Assembly (NCBI RefSeq): GCF_009914755.1
Contig: NC_060944.1
DNA length: 64,000 nt
Reading direction: 5' to 3' (one strand)
From: the human T2T-CHM13v2.0 reference genome, Homo sapiens
The number at the start of each line of letters is the position of its first letter. The stretch's first letter is position 1. This document shows, one piece after another, positions 13,227-25,469 of the stretch. The position numbers and the translations under genes were made by a program. Under the pieces are notes generated by a model. It was not told the origin of the DNA. It worked only from the letters and a program-made list of their open reading frames with translations, and ran no database searches.

Positions 13227-13753
13227 GTATCAGTGTGAATGCCTTTGGCTGCAAGTAACATCCCAAGTCAGCTAGCTTCAACGTTAAGCAAAATTTGTTA
13301 CCTCAAAGAGCAAGGAATCTTGAGATGGGGTGGCTTTGACAACTTCCGTATTTCCTCCCTGCCATTTTCAACCAGTTAGATTTGCCCCTGGCAACCATCC
13401 CATCATGGTTGCAAGATGGCTGCCATAGTTCCTATCATCTTAAGACACTGTAATATCTACTGGTAGAAGACATACAGTTTCTTCCTATATGATTCATTAT
13501 AAAAAGCAAGAAATCCTTTCCCCAAGGTCCTCAGCAGACCTCTCTGATGTCTCATTGTGAAAAACTTGATCAAAAGCCGACCTGCCTGTGATCCATTTAC
13601 CAGCAAAATAAATAAGATCTCTCTGATTGAAGGATTGGTGCTGATGAATGAGGTTTTAACCTTGAATAATGTAGGGGATGGGTGAACCAACAGAGTTCTT
13701 CTGGGTAGCAAGAAAGATTGAATATTTCTTAAATAGGTTGCTATAACCTGCAC
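13227..13753 (-). mobile_element. Ancient ERVL/MaLR LTR (MLT1K/L- or LTR33-like)
   Basis: 'ggctgcaagtaaca', 'catggttgcaagatggctgcc'. Confidence 0.6.
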
Positions 13754-13908
13754 CAGTGTTTCTCAAACTTAATGTTTGGAATCACCTGTGATCTTGTGAA
13801 AATACAGATTCTGGTTCAGAAGTTCTAGGCTGGGGCCTGAGATCCTGCATTTCTAACAAGCTCTCTGGTGATTCTGATGCTGCTGGTCCACAGACAACAC
13901 TTTGGATA
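13754..13908. mobile_element. MER5A hAT-Charlie MITE
   Basis: 'cagtgtttctcaaact..gaatcacctg..ctgcatttctaacaagctc..gattctgatgctgctggtcca'. Confidence 0.85.
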
Positions 13909-15009
13909 GAGGATCTAGACCCTAGACAATCAGATGAGAAGCAGTCTAGTATAATATGATTGAATACAGCTTATATTAGACTGTCTAGCTGGGTGATTTG
14001 GGGTATGTTACTTAAATTATCTAAGCCTCAGAAAAAGGAAGGAATTGGGGAAGAAGAAAGAAAGGGAGAGAGGGAGGAGAAAAGAGGTGTGTGTGGGGAG
14101 GTGAGTCGCAGACTCATTGATGAGAATCTCCAAAGCAGTGGTGTTTCTGTTCGCTTTTCTAATTCATTAAGATCCCTCTGTGGTGATGAATTAGAGAACT
14201 TGGAAGAAAATAAACAGCGTAGTGTTTAATATGAGCATTCAGGAAGAAAATAAATAAACTATACTAATAAAATTCTGGGAATGGTAACAAATGTATATGT
14301 ATAGCAGAATAAAAAACCTCAGGGTCCCAGTGATAGCAAGGTATATTGAAATACTGCAGTGATGTTACAGTTACAAAACATACTCTGCCTTTCTGATGCC
14401 TAACAATGCATATATTATGTTCTGAGCTATGGAGTTCTGAAGGATAAAGCTTTTTGCCCCTGAGTCATACCCAGAAAGGAACTGTGGCAGACTTAGGGAT
14501 AGGTTATGAGGAAGGAGTAAAGGAAGAGGAATCCTCATTATGAAATAAGACCAAATGACACACCTAACCCAACTTCAGGGGGAGATAGGTCCTTACTTGA
14601 CAGGGAGAGGCAAATGGCTGTTTCCTGTCTTGACAGATCAGATAGAAAAGTGAACAGGATGCAGTAGCAGAATGAGGGTATGTGGAAAGATTTGAGCAGG
14701 ACCCCTGAGTCTAGATCCCTCCCAGTCCTGCTTTTCACTAGCCCTGAGTCGTTGGGAAGTTGGCTTAACTTATCCTAGTCTCAGGTGTCTTCCAAGAGCT
14801 ACTGAAATAGTAATAGAAGTCAACGTACACATGATAAAACAGGTAGCAATGGAGATCCATTATCTCACCTACTACCTCCCTGATAATCCCATAATATTGG
14901 CATCATGATTATGTGTTATTAACTCTCTGGGGAGGGGTGGTGTTCTATAAACACATATGATTTCGCTTACTCTCCGTACCAAGTCTACTGACTCCTTTCT
15001 GCCTTCAAT

Positions 15010-15325
15010 AGCAATATTATAATAGCAGAAGAACACTTTGCATCAGTTATTTTGTTGGTCTTCATTAGGCATTAAATTCAGTCAAATGAAGTAGTGATTT
15101 TGATTCCAAAACACTTAGTGTGACAGTCCTTACCTCTGACCTTGTTTTGCATGTGTCACAGTGTTTTGTAAACTTTTCCTGAATGTGAAATGGATGCCTC
15201 GCGTGCCCTGCTTTCGCCTTGCAGTCTGACTATTCCATTTCTGTGCACTTGAAGTGCATTCAAAATAGGCAATATCTGTGCTGAAATAGAGTTCTGTTTC
15301 TTCAATGATAATAAAAAAGAATGTC
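15010..15325 (-). repeat. Intact copy of duplicated unit (segments A+B)
   Basis: 15178-15325 matches 12121-12264 inverted; ~15010-15185 matches ~16870-17036 direct. Confidence 0.85.
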
Positions 15326-16869
15326 AGTTTTTTGCTTAAAACCCACAACAGGTAGTTAGTGGAAACTTGAAGGTACGAGTTATGAGCGACTTTAAAATAT
15401 ATTTTCTTCTGTGTTGTTAATGGCTTACATATGGGGCTTCTTGCAGGGTGTAGGAAACTTCTAAATAGTCCTAGGAGACACACATGAACAAAAAGGTCAT
15501 GGCATTTTGAACCCTCACTGCTGCCTTCTTTACAATTACCCATATGACCTTTGGAGAGGCATCTCGGAGAACACCAGGGATTTGCAGGAAAGCCGGGCTG
15601 CTTGGCCTGGCTACTTTCTACAGAAGCCATGACTGCTAAAATGGACTCTCAGTCATCCCCAGGCTGAGAAGTTAGGGCTGCAGCTTGATTTCAAAGAATG
15701 CAGATCTAAGGTCCAAGGTGCAATTCATTGTCCACACATCAATTAATAATGCAATACCAGACTCCAAGAATACAAGACAGCAGTGTTTTTCAAATATAAT
15801 AACTTGAGGAAGTTGGTGAGAAATTGATACAAAAAAGTAAAATATGAGTTCATATAGCAATTCCCAATCATGATAATACTTCTACTGGGATATATCCATT
15901 TGAATTTACTGAGAACCTTCTTATATTGGGGTAGTTTAGAATTAGTTCTATCTACAAATAGTAATTCATAATGACTGTGGTATTGGTGAAGATGATGATA
16001 ATGGTAAGTGGTAACATCTTTTAAGCATCTACCGTATGCCAGACCCTATGCTAAGGGCTTTGTAGGTATCATCTTATTTAACCCAGTGCAAAAAAATTGA
16101 CAAATTCTAGGCTTAGGATCAACATGAGGATAATAAAATTTTCTTTTGGTAATTACATCTAAGGACATAAGTACAATTCACAAACCTTGAGGTCAAGGAC
16201 TTCACCTTTCATCTTTTGATGGTGCTGCACAGTGCCTAGCAGAGAAAAGACTCCACAAATATTTGTTGAAATGAAAGAAGCAAGGAGGAAAGTTTTCAAA
16301 GCCCAGAAATCTGAATTATATTTGTAAAACTAACTCAGTTTAATAAAATGTGTCAGTGTTAACTACATCATTTAAATGATTATTACTTTATTTTCTAAAT
16401 TTTTATAACAAGGAGTTTAACAATGCTGCCTTAGGGAAATAACAGCACAAATGCATAAAGATGGTTGGGTAAGAATATTTGTTTCAGCACTGCGTGGTAC
16501 AGCAAACATAAAACAGAGCCATTTAAATGTGTGAATAGAGAGGCAAAAAGAAAACAAGGATGCAAACTTTTTTTTTTATTTTATATAATTAAAAGATTAA
16601 ATGTTGGGGTAATAGTCACAGACTAAATATCTTATATTCATTCTGCAGACATCTCAGTTAAGCATTTGGAATTATGCATGATTTTTTATTTATTTCCCTT
16701 TTTCTGTAATTTTAATACCACAAATCTTTTTGCAAAATGAAGAGTCCATATTTTTGCTACAGAAACCAGGAGATCAGAGTTGCCAATGTGGAATTATGGA
16801 CATTGGTGTGTCTTTCTGAAGAGAAATCTAAGGCTGCTACGTGTACCAGCTGGGATCCTTTCACATTAG

Positions 16870-17036
16870 GATAATTTTAATGGTAGAGCACTTGGCACAA
16901 GTTATTTCCTTGGTCTTCATTAGGCATAAAATTCAGCCAAGTTAACTACTGATGCTTATCCCAAAACACTTTCACTCTAAGACTTCTTACCTTGGACCTT
17001 GTTTTCAAATATATCCCATTCAGATTTTTCCTAAAT
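16870..17036 (-). repeat. Unique-sequence duplicate, segment B (direct homolog of ~15010-15185)
   Basis: Shared 'gttattt..ttggtcttcattaggcat(t/a)aaattcag..ccaaaacactt..cttacct..gaccttgtttt..tttcct(g/a)aat'; ~75% by eye. Confidence 0.85.
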
Positions 17037-17037
17037 A

Positions 17038-17123
17038 TCTCCCATCCAAGTACTAATCAGGGCAGACCTTGCTTAGCTTCCAAGATTAGATGAGACTGGG
17101 CACATTTAGGGTGGCATGGCCTC
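17038..17123 (-). pseudogene. 5S rRNA processed pseudogene (RNA5SP-type), 3'-truncated near nt 90; first 4 nt displaced to 19481-19484
   Basis: Reverse complement ggccatgccaccctaaatgtgcccagtctcatctaatcttggaagctaagcaaggtctgccctgattagtacttggatgggaga matches 5S rRNA nt ~7-90. Confidence 0.95.
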
Positions 17124-19475
17124 TGTATTAGTCTGTTCTCATGCTGCTATAAAGCAATACCTAAGACTGGGTAATTGATAAAGGAAAGAGGTTTAATTAA
17201 CTCATAGTTTTGCATTGCTAGGGAGGCCTCAGAAAACTTACAATCATGGCAGAAGGCACAGGAGAAGTAGGCACTTTCTTCACAGGGTGGCAGGACAGAG
17301 TGAGTGCAAGCAAGAGAAACACTAGACGCTTATAAAACTGTCAGATCTTGTGAGAACTCACTCACTATCACAAGAACAGTGTGGGGGAACTGCCACCATG
17401 ATCCAATTACCTCCACTTGGTCCCCCACTTGACATGTAGGGATTGTAGGTATTACAACTTTGGGTGAGATTTGGGTGGGGACAAAGAGCCAAACCATATT
17501 ATTCTGCCCCTGGCAGAATCTCATGTCTTTTCACATTTCAAAACCAATCATATCTTCCCAACAGTCCCCCAAAGTCTCAACTAATTTCAGCATTAACTCA
17601 AAAATCCACAGTTTAAAGTCTCATCTGAGACAAGGCAAGTCCCTTCTGCCTATGAGCCTGTAAAATCAAAAGCAAGTTAGTTACTTCCTAGATACAATGG
17701 GGGTACAGGCATTGGATAAATGCACCCATTCCAAATGGGAGAAATTGGCCAAAACAAAGAGGCTACAGGCTCCATGCAAGTCTGAAATCCAATAGAGCCC
17801 TCATTAAACCTCAAAGTTCCAAAATTATCTCCTTTAACTCCATGTCTCACACCCAGGTCATGCTGATGCAAGAGGTGGGCTCCCAAGGCCTTGGGCAGCT
17901 ACAGCCCTATGCCTTTGCAGGGTACAGCGTCCCACCCAGCTGCTTTCATGGGCTGGCGTTGAGTGTCTGTGGCTTCTCCAGGCCCACAGTGCAAGCTGTC
18001 AGTGGATCTACCATTCTGGGGTCTGGAGAATGGTGGTCCTCTTCTCACAGCTCCATTAGACAGTGCCCCAGTGGGGACTCTGGAGACTCTAACCCCACAT
18101 TTCCCTTCCATACTGCCCTAACAGAGGATCTCCATGAGGGCTCTACCCCTGCAGCAGATTTCTGCCTGGACATCCAGGCATTTCCATACACCCTGTGAAA
18201 TCTAGGCAGAGGTTCCCAAACTCAATTCTTGACTTTTATGTACCTGCAGGCCCAACACCATGTGTAAGCTTCCAACCAAGGCTTGGGGCTTGCACCCTCT
18301 GAAACAATGGCCTGAGCTGTACATTGGCCCCTTTTAGCCATGGCTGGGACTCAAGGCACCAAGTCCAAAGATTGCACAAAGCAGCAAGGCCCTGGGCCCA
18401 GCCCATGAAACCATGTTTTCCTCCTAGGCCTCTGTGTTGTTTGTGATGGGAGGGGCTGCTGTGACAACCTCTGACATGTTCTGGAGACGTTTTCCCCATT
18501 GTCTTGGTGATTAACATTTGGCTCCTCGTTACTTATGCAAATTTCTGCAGCCAACTTGAATTTCTTTTCAGAAAATAGGTTTCTCTTTTTTATCGTATTG
18601 TCAGGCTGCAAATTTTTCTAACTTTTATGCTCTGCTTCCCTGTAAACATAAGTTCCAATTCCAAACCACATCTTTGTGAATGCATAAAACTGAATGCTTT
18701 TAAGAGCACCCAAGTCATATCTTCAATGCTTTGTTGGTTAGAAATTTCTTCTGCCAGATTCCCTAACTCATTTCTCTCAAGATCAAAATTCCAGAAATTT
18801 CTGGGGCAGAGGCAAAATGCAGCCAGTCTCTTTGCTAAAGCATAGCAAGAATCACCTTTATTCCAATTCCCAAAAAGTTACTCATTTCCACCTCAGCCTG
18901 GACTTCATTGTCCATATCACTATCAACTTTTTGGTCAAAACCCATTCAACAAGTCTCTAGGAAGTTTCAAACTTTCCCACATCTTCCTGTCTTCTTCTGA
19001 GCCCTCCAAACTATTCCAACCTCTGCCTGTTACCCAGTTCCAAAGGTGCTTCCACATTCTGGGTATCTTTATTAGCAGTGCCCCACTCTCAGTACCAATT
19101 AACTGTATCAGTCCTTTCTTATGCCGCTATGAAGAAATACCTAAAACTGGGTAATTTATAAAGGAAAGAGGTTTAATTGACTCACAGTTCTGCATTGTTG
19201 GGAGGCCTCAGGAAACTTACAATCATGGTAGCAAAGAAGAAGCAGACACCTTCTTCACAGGGCAGCAGGACGAAATAAGTGCAAGCAGGAGAAATGCCAG
19301 ACACTTATAAAATAATCAGATCTCATGAGAACTCACTCACTATCACAAGAACAGAATGGGGGAACTGCCCATATGATCCAACTACCTCCCCTTGGTACTG
19401 CTTTTGACACATTGGGATTATGGGGATTACATTTGAGATGAGATTTGGGTGGGGACACAGAGCCAAACCATATCA
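17124..19475 (-). mobile_element. Full THE1D-type MaLR provirus: LTR 17124-17501, internal 17502-19103, LTR 19104-19475
   Basis: Two homologous LTRs 'tgtatt/tgtatcagtc...gccaaaccatat(t/c)a'; THE1-int text 'gagacaaggcaagtccctt', 'caggtcatgctgatgcaagaggtgggctccca'; near-TSD gcctc/gcccc. Confidence 0.92.
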
Positions 19476-19643
19476 GCCCCAGACCCTAATTAATCTTGAA
19501 CCTGAAATAATTTTAGTGTTGCCTCTCTAACCATTTGTGACAAAGAATGAGTTTGGTAAGACTTAGTTCAAACTTTAAGTTAACAGATATTCTTTATAGA
19601 AGAGAAAAGGCTCTAGCTGCCTCTCTTAGAAAAATACATATCA

Positions 19644-20018
<375 letters not shown>

Positions 20019-20059
20019 TTACTTGTTTTTCTGTACACAACCCAGTGAGTTCTCTTCCA

Positions 20060-20820
20060 ACATTTTATCATGGAAAATGCCAACTATGTGCACAAGTAGA
20101 AACAATAGGATAATAAACTCCCATATACCCATTATATAGCTTCAACAATGGTCATCTCCTTTCCTAAATGGCTTTATCTGTACCCTATCCCTTATTTTCC
20201 CAGTCCCTGGATTATTCTGAAGCAATTCTCAGTATATCATTTGACCTGTAAATATCACCGTATATATATTTCTAAAATATAGAATAGTTTAAAAATAATA
20301 CTAATACAACACTGAAAATTTAATATTAAATTTCTTTTCCTTGATATAATAAGTTATTATTCATTTTTAAATTGTAACTTTTTTACATAGTTTGTTTGAA
20401 TCAAGATATCTTGTGCCTTTTTTAATCTGTAGGTTTCTGTCTGTGCTTTCTCTCATTCTCCAGCCTCCCTCCCTGTATCATCGCTATGATTGCTGTTTAT
20501 TTATTGAATAAATCAGATTGTTTTCCTGCCAAATTTCCTCTATCTAGATTTAGGGATTAAATATCTCGTCTGTCCATTTAGAGTCAGCTCATTGTATTCC
20601 TGTATTGTCATTGAATATGTTCCCTTTTTTCTTGTATTTTTCCTAAATTAATAGTTTTGTAGCTAATGGACTAATCACATCAATTCAGGTGAGGTTTAAA
20701 TTTTTTGTGTGGGGGAGGTGGGGAGTTTGTTTCCATAGGTAAAAGTGTTCTTCTGTGAGGAAAATACATGAAATCTATTTTTCTCTCTTTCTGTGATATT
20801 TGCAGTCTTTGATAATGTCA
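20060..20820 (-). mobile_element. Old L1 (L1MC/ME) 3' fragment
   Basis: 'ataataaactcccatatacccatt..gcttcaacaat', 'tttgtttgaatcaagat'. Confidence 0.55.
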
Positions 20821-21049
20821 TCTTTTCCCCTGTGTATTTTTGGGTCTGGGATGAAATTTTGTCTTTGGCTACATTACCTGTCTAGGGATTATCAGAGTCC
20901 TGGCCCCTTCATTTTGCTGAGAAAATTTTGCGAGTTGCCTATGAAATGTATGCTGTAGGTAACCCAGTAGTTACTCCGATAGAACGAAGTAAGGAGATAA
21001 GTGGAAAGTGAGTTAATAATTCTACCACTGGCTGTATACCCTTGCCTAG

Positions 21050-21180
21050 GTTAAGCCCCATGACTGCCATTTTCATCATCTGTAAAATGGGAATAACTAT
21101 ACCTATGGTTTTTATATACAAACATATATGGCACAAAAACAATGTTTAATAAATGATAGTTATTTTGTTGCTATTTAAAT
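21050..21180 (+). mobile_element. MIR fragment
   Basis: 'catcatctgtaaaatgggaataactatacct'. Confidence 0.7.
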
Positions 21181-22669
21181 AATAGTACTTTGATAATGAT
21201 ATCTTGATGAAATAATAATATAGTTTAGTCTGTCATATTTTAACACTGGTTTGCTGACGGCAGCAGGTTTGGTCCATTTCTTCTATTTTTATGACTAATG
21301 TTAAGAAAATAATATTACAAAACTTGGAAATAGGTAAAAGAATGACTACAAGTTCTTTCAATGTCACACTGGAGTATTAGTTAACAGTCCTGCCCAATGA
21401 TAATTTCATTTTCTCTGGATAGCTATTTTACTATTTTCCTTTGGTTTAGATATTTTATATTTCTCTAAAGGTAAAGACTGGATTGCAGAAAATTAACAGT
21501 CACATAAATAATTTTGTCTAATAGAAATGTAAGTGAAGTTTGTCTGGTAGAAGAGATAACCTCAAAGGTTATTGTTTAATTATCCATTAGAGCAAAAGCT
21601 AGTTTTTTATCTATCTTAGCTATCTACTTCCACATTTCCTTAGAGCCAATGCAAACTCAGTCTCTCAAATTTTCTTTGAACTAGCTTTATCATCGTGCTA
21701 GTTCTATCAGTGAGTTAAATCAATCTTGGACACATGCAATTTATATTCGTATGACAGCAATGTATTTAAATTTTTGAAAATCGTACTTCAATATGAAGTT
21801 TTCAATCTCATTGGTGAATTTTGCTGGTCTGTTTGATATTAATTATAGATTCTAACTACGCTGTTGCCATTTCTCTAGAACTCATGGGAGGGTACATATT
21901 AAACCTCATTAACACATCATGAGCTAGAACCTGTACTGGTTTTAGGTATGTAGCCAAAGACTAAATATCCTTATTAATATCAAATAACTTTTATTTCGAT
22001 GTATGGCAGTGGTCATGCATTATGATGTTTTGAATTTGTCAATATATTCTGTTTAGAAAAACAGAAGTTCCTACTATGAAAGTTAGCTTTCTTTGGCTCT
22101 TTATTTTTAAAGTGCTTTAAGGTGTAGATTTCCATTTTTTGGGGGGGTTGCATTTATTCATACATATGTGGCAATTCTAAATGATTAATCAAAAAGTATC
22201 ATAAATTATTTTTTCATTCCTCCAAAGACTATCCTGTAATTTCCAGCCCAATACCTACCCCATCTCCACCTCTTTCACCTGAGTAAAGGAAGGAGTCTTT
22301 CTTGCTTGGAAAAAAAAATGTAAAATTCAACTATATTTTAAAATGCTGAGAGAGAAAGGGGTGGGGAAACAGATGGAGGCAAGAAATTCATCAGAGTTGA
22401 GGAAGGCGAAGAAGAGAAATTTTGTAGGGTTTTTGAGAGGAGATTATATGAGTGTTGTGGATTGAAAAGAAAAAGAAAATTTAATAAAATCAGTGAGTAA
22501 TGTGTTGGATCTTTAAATATCTTCGAGAAGCTTGGGTATAGAATGAAATTACCATGAAATTAGTTTATAAATATGGTTTGACCCTAAACCATGCTTCTTG
22601 AATAAGGAAGTACTTGGGAACTAACAACATGATTCTCCAGGTTTATCATATCATGTCTTTAGTCTGAAA

Positions 22670-22950
22670 ATATTTATTGAATACTAATGATGCACTAGGC
22701 TCTCTTCTAAAGTCTGGGGACATACACAAAGACAGAGAGCCTGCCCTTGGGGAACTTACATTCTCACTGGAGGTGGGGAGGAGAACAGAGAATAAACAAA
22801 GGGATAAAGATAAGATATGTTTTATATGCCAGGTGGAGACGAGGGCTACAAAGATATAACACAGGGTGAGCAGGCTGGAGAGAGAGAAGTGGGTTCTGTT
22901 TTATATAGTGGGGTGAAGTAAGGTCGCCATTTAGTAAATAGCACATTTAT
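22670..22950 (-). mobile_element. L2 3' fragment
   Basis: 'aaatatttattgaatact..cctgcccttggggaacttacattct'. Confidence 0.65.
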
Positions 22951-24631
22951 TTCTAGCCAAGAAGACACAGTTCATCAGATTGAGATCATCTAAGTAGACA
23001 TCAGATTGAGTAAAAGTTTCTTAGATCTGGATTCTGGTGGCCCAGAGTACTGAATCTGCAGTATTTCACATCCCTCAGAAGCTAGTGCTGCTATTATATT
23101 TTTCTTGGTAAATTTGTAGAACCCAGAATTATTTTGAGGGGTAGGCATGGGTTGGAGATACATATTAGAGAAGAGAGAACTAGAGTGAACTCTCCCTAAA
23201 ATCACTTTTTATTTAGAAAAAAAAAGAGACGCTACACTGCATTTCCCTAGTCAAGGTTTGTACAGTTCCATGCCATATTCCTACAACATGTTTGCTCATC
23301 AGAGAAATGAAATGTGAAGCAGTTCTCTTGTATCAGTTTAGAGCTCCTTTGTCAAGGGAGGGTTATTTTCCATAAATTCAATGTAAAAGGAAGGAAACAT
23401 AATTCACTTTCAAGGTCATTAAAAGAATAAGAAAAGTTAGATCCTATCAATAAAACTTTAATATGCTAAACTAACTGGCAGCAAGAAAGAGAGCTATTTT
23501 CTCAATAAATATTGTATACATGTGCTTTGTCAATTAACTTTTTTTGACTGTGAACAAAATGTAAATGTCATGGATAAATGATAGCTTTAATGATGTTTTT
23601 CAGCGTTGTACTGCCTGTTACCACGGCTTCTTAACAAAGATGTTAAATCATTAGGAGTCATATTTCATGATAATTAACTACAAATCTGGTAATATTACCA
23701 CTTTTCATTTGGCATGAAATGACGAGGGAGAACCATGAGGTTTATTGGAGGTACATGACAAAGGACAGAGAGACTTAATGTATGTGTATAAATCTTATAA
23801 AACTACCTATTGGACAGCATTTTATGATGGACATAAATTCCCATTCACTCTCTGCTAGTGATAGACAGGGAAGTCTGCAGTGGAAGCAGAAAGCTGAGAT
23901 GGGAAGTCACCCTAGAGAATAAAGGGGGCGTATGGGTTTATTTCTTTGTCTTACTTGCTCGCTCTTGCAACAGCTAAACAGATCCTCATTCTCGCCTAAG
24001 TTTTGAACAATTAGAGTATGCACTGTTATTAATTCTCTTATTAAATGTATTTTATTATAAAGTTTGCAAAGATGCTTTTATGATTAAGGAGCTATTGGCA
24101 TTTGCCATTTTACACTACTAATCTTCCATCTGCTTTTCTTTGAACCTTTTAAAATGTTCAGCAAGGTCACTCAAGATTTTATTGTAGGGAAATAAAAGAT
24201 CAGGAACACTCTGCCTTGTTAATATTTTCATTCCAGCCTGTTGTTAATATAGAGAGATAGTGATATAGGGCGGAAAGGACACTTCTTATAGAGTTAGGTA
24301 ACCTGATTTGATTTTGCTTATTTTGTTAATTTTGATATTGACCACTGTATCAGTCAAGGCTTTTTCTGTTGCAAGTGACTGAAATCCAATGCAAAGTAGC
24401 TTTAGAAAAGGAGAAGACACTATGTTGGTTGACATAGTTGAAATTTTGAAGAATTCTGGCACAGCTCTCAAGAACAAATCGCCCCAACAGGGCCATCTGT
24501 ACCAGGCTCTCCATGCCTCTGCTTTGCTTTCCTTGGTGCAAGCTTCATTTTCAGGCAGGCTGTCTCCATGGTGAGCAGAACGGCAGTTCCAGACTCATTA
24601 ATCTTGATGCCTAGAGATCCCAGAAGAAGAC

Positions 24632-25107
24632 TGCAGTGGCTAATTTTAGGTCTCAAATTGACTGGACTAAGGGATACCCACCTAATTGGTAGAACGTTAT
24701 TTCTAGGTATATCTTTGAGAGTGTTTCCAGGAGAGACTGGCATTTGAATCAGTAGATTGAGTAAGAAAGATCCACCCTTATTAAGTGTGGGCAGTTACCA
24801 TCTAATTGGTCGAAGGCTTAGATAGAACAAAAAGGCAGAAGAAAGGTGAATTTGCTCCTTTTTCTCTTCCGGAACTAGGATCCCGTTTTCTCCTGTCCTT
24901 GCACATTGGAACTCTGGGTTCTCTGGTCTTCGGACTCTGGAACTTGCACCAGCAGTCTGCCTGATTCTCGGGCCTTTGGATTTGTACTGAGTCATGCTAC
25001 TGACTTCCCTGGTTCTCTAGCTTGCAGAAAGCTTATGGTGGGACTTTTAAGCCTCCATAATCAAGTGGGACAATTCCTCTTATAAATCTCCTCTCTGTCT
25101 CTCTATA

Positions 25108-25164
<57 letters not shown>

Positions 25165-25209
25165 CCTCTCCATCCTATTGGTTCTGTTTTTCTGGAGAAC
25201 CCTGATACA
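24632..25209 (+). mobile_element. MLT2B-type (ERVL) solo LTR
   Basis: 'tggctaattttaggtctcaaattgactggactaagggataccca', ends 'ctggagaaccctgataca'; TSD AAGAC on both sides. Confidence 0.85.
25108..25163 (+). repeat. Compound (TCTG)n(TCTA)n STR
   Basis: Read directly from sequence. Confidence 0.95.
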
Positions 25210-25469
25210 AAGACTGTTTCTGACACTATTGACCAATATCCACATCAAGGGTCTGGTTGGTCCAACTGTTCACCTTAGAGTTCATCTATGAAGCTAGGAA
25301 GAGAGAACATCATGCTTTGATTGTCCAGGCCTGAGCCTGTGCCTGCCCGCCTCACCCATGGGATGGATGCTAATCACATGGTCTTAAAAGAATTAATATG
25401 AAGTGGAAGAGGAGTGGTTATCTGAAGAAGGAAATGTCAAGCAGTCAAGTAGCATGGATCCACTGCTTG

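Larger units (their letters stand above)
24346..25465 (-). mobile_element. Ancient MLT1-type LTR split by MLT2B insertion
   Basis: 'tgtatcagtcaaggctttttctgttgcaagtgactgaaatccaa'; resumes after 25214. Confidence 0.55.

Noticed and set aside
15130-15630. 166-aa ORF as a single-exon gene
   Set aside because: No recognisable domain, promoter or coding composition. Only the 147-nt exon-like part is kept as a candidate.
17038-17123. Functional 5S rRNA gene
   Set aside because: 3'-truncated, CpG-decayed, 5' end disrupted by a provirus, single copy.
17330-18845. Cluster of overlapping ORFs
   Set aside because: All lie in THE1D LTR/internal sequence, where such ORFs are routine.
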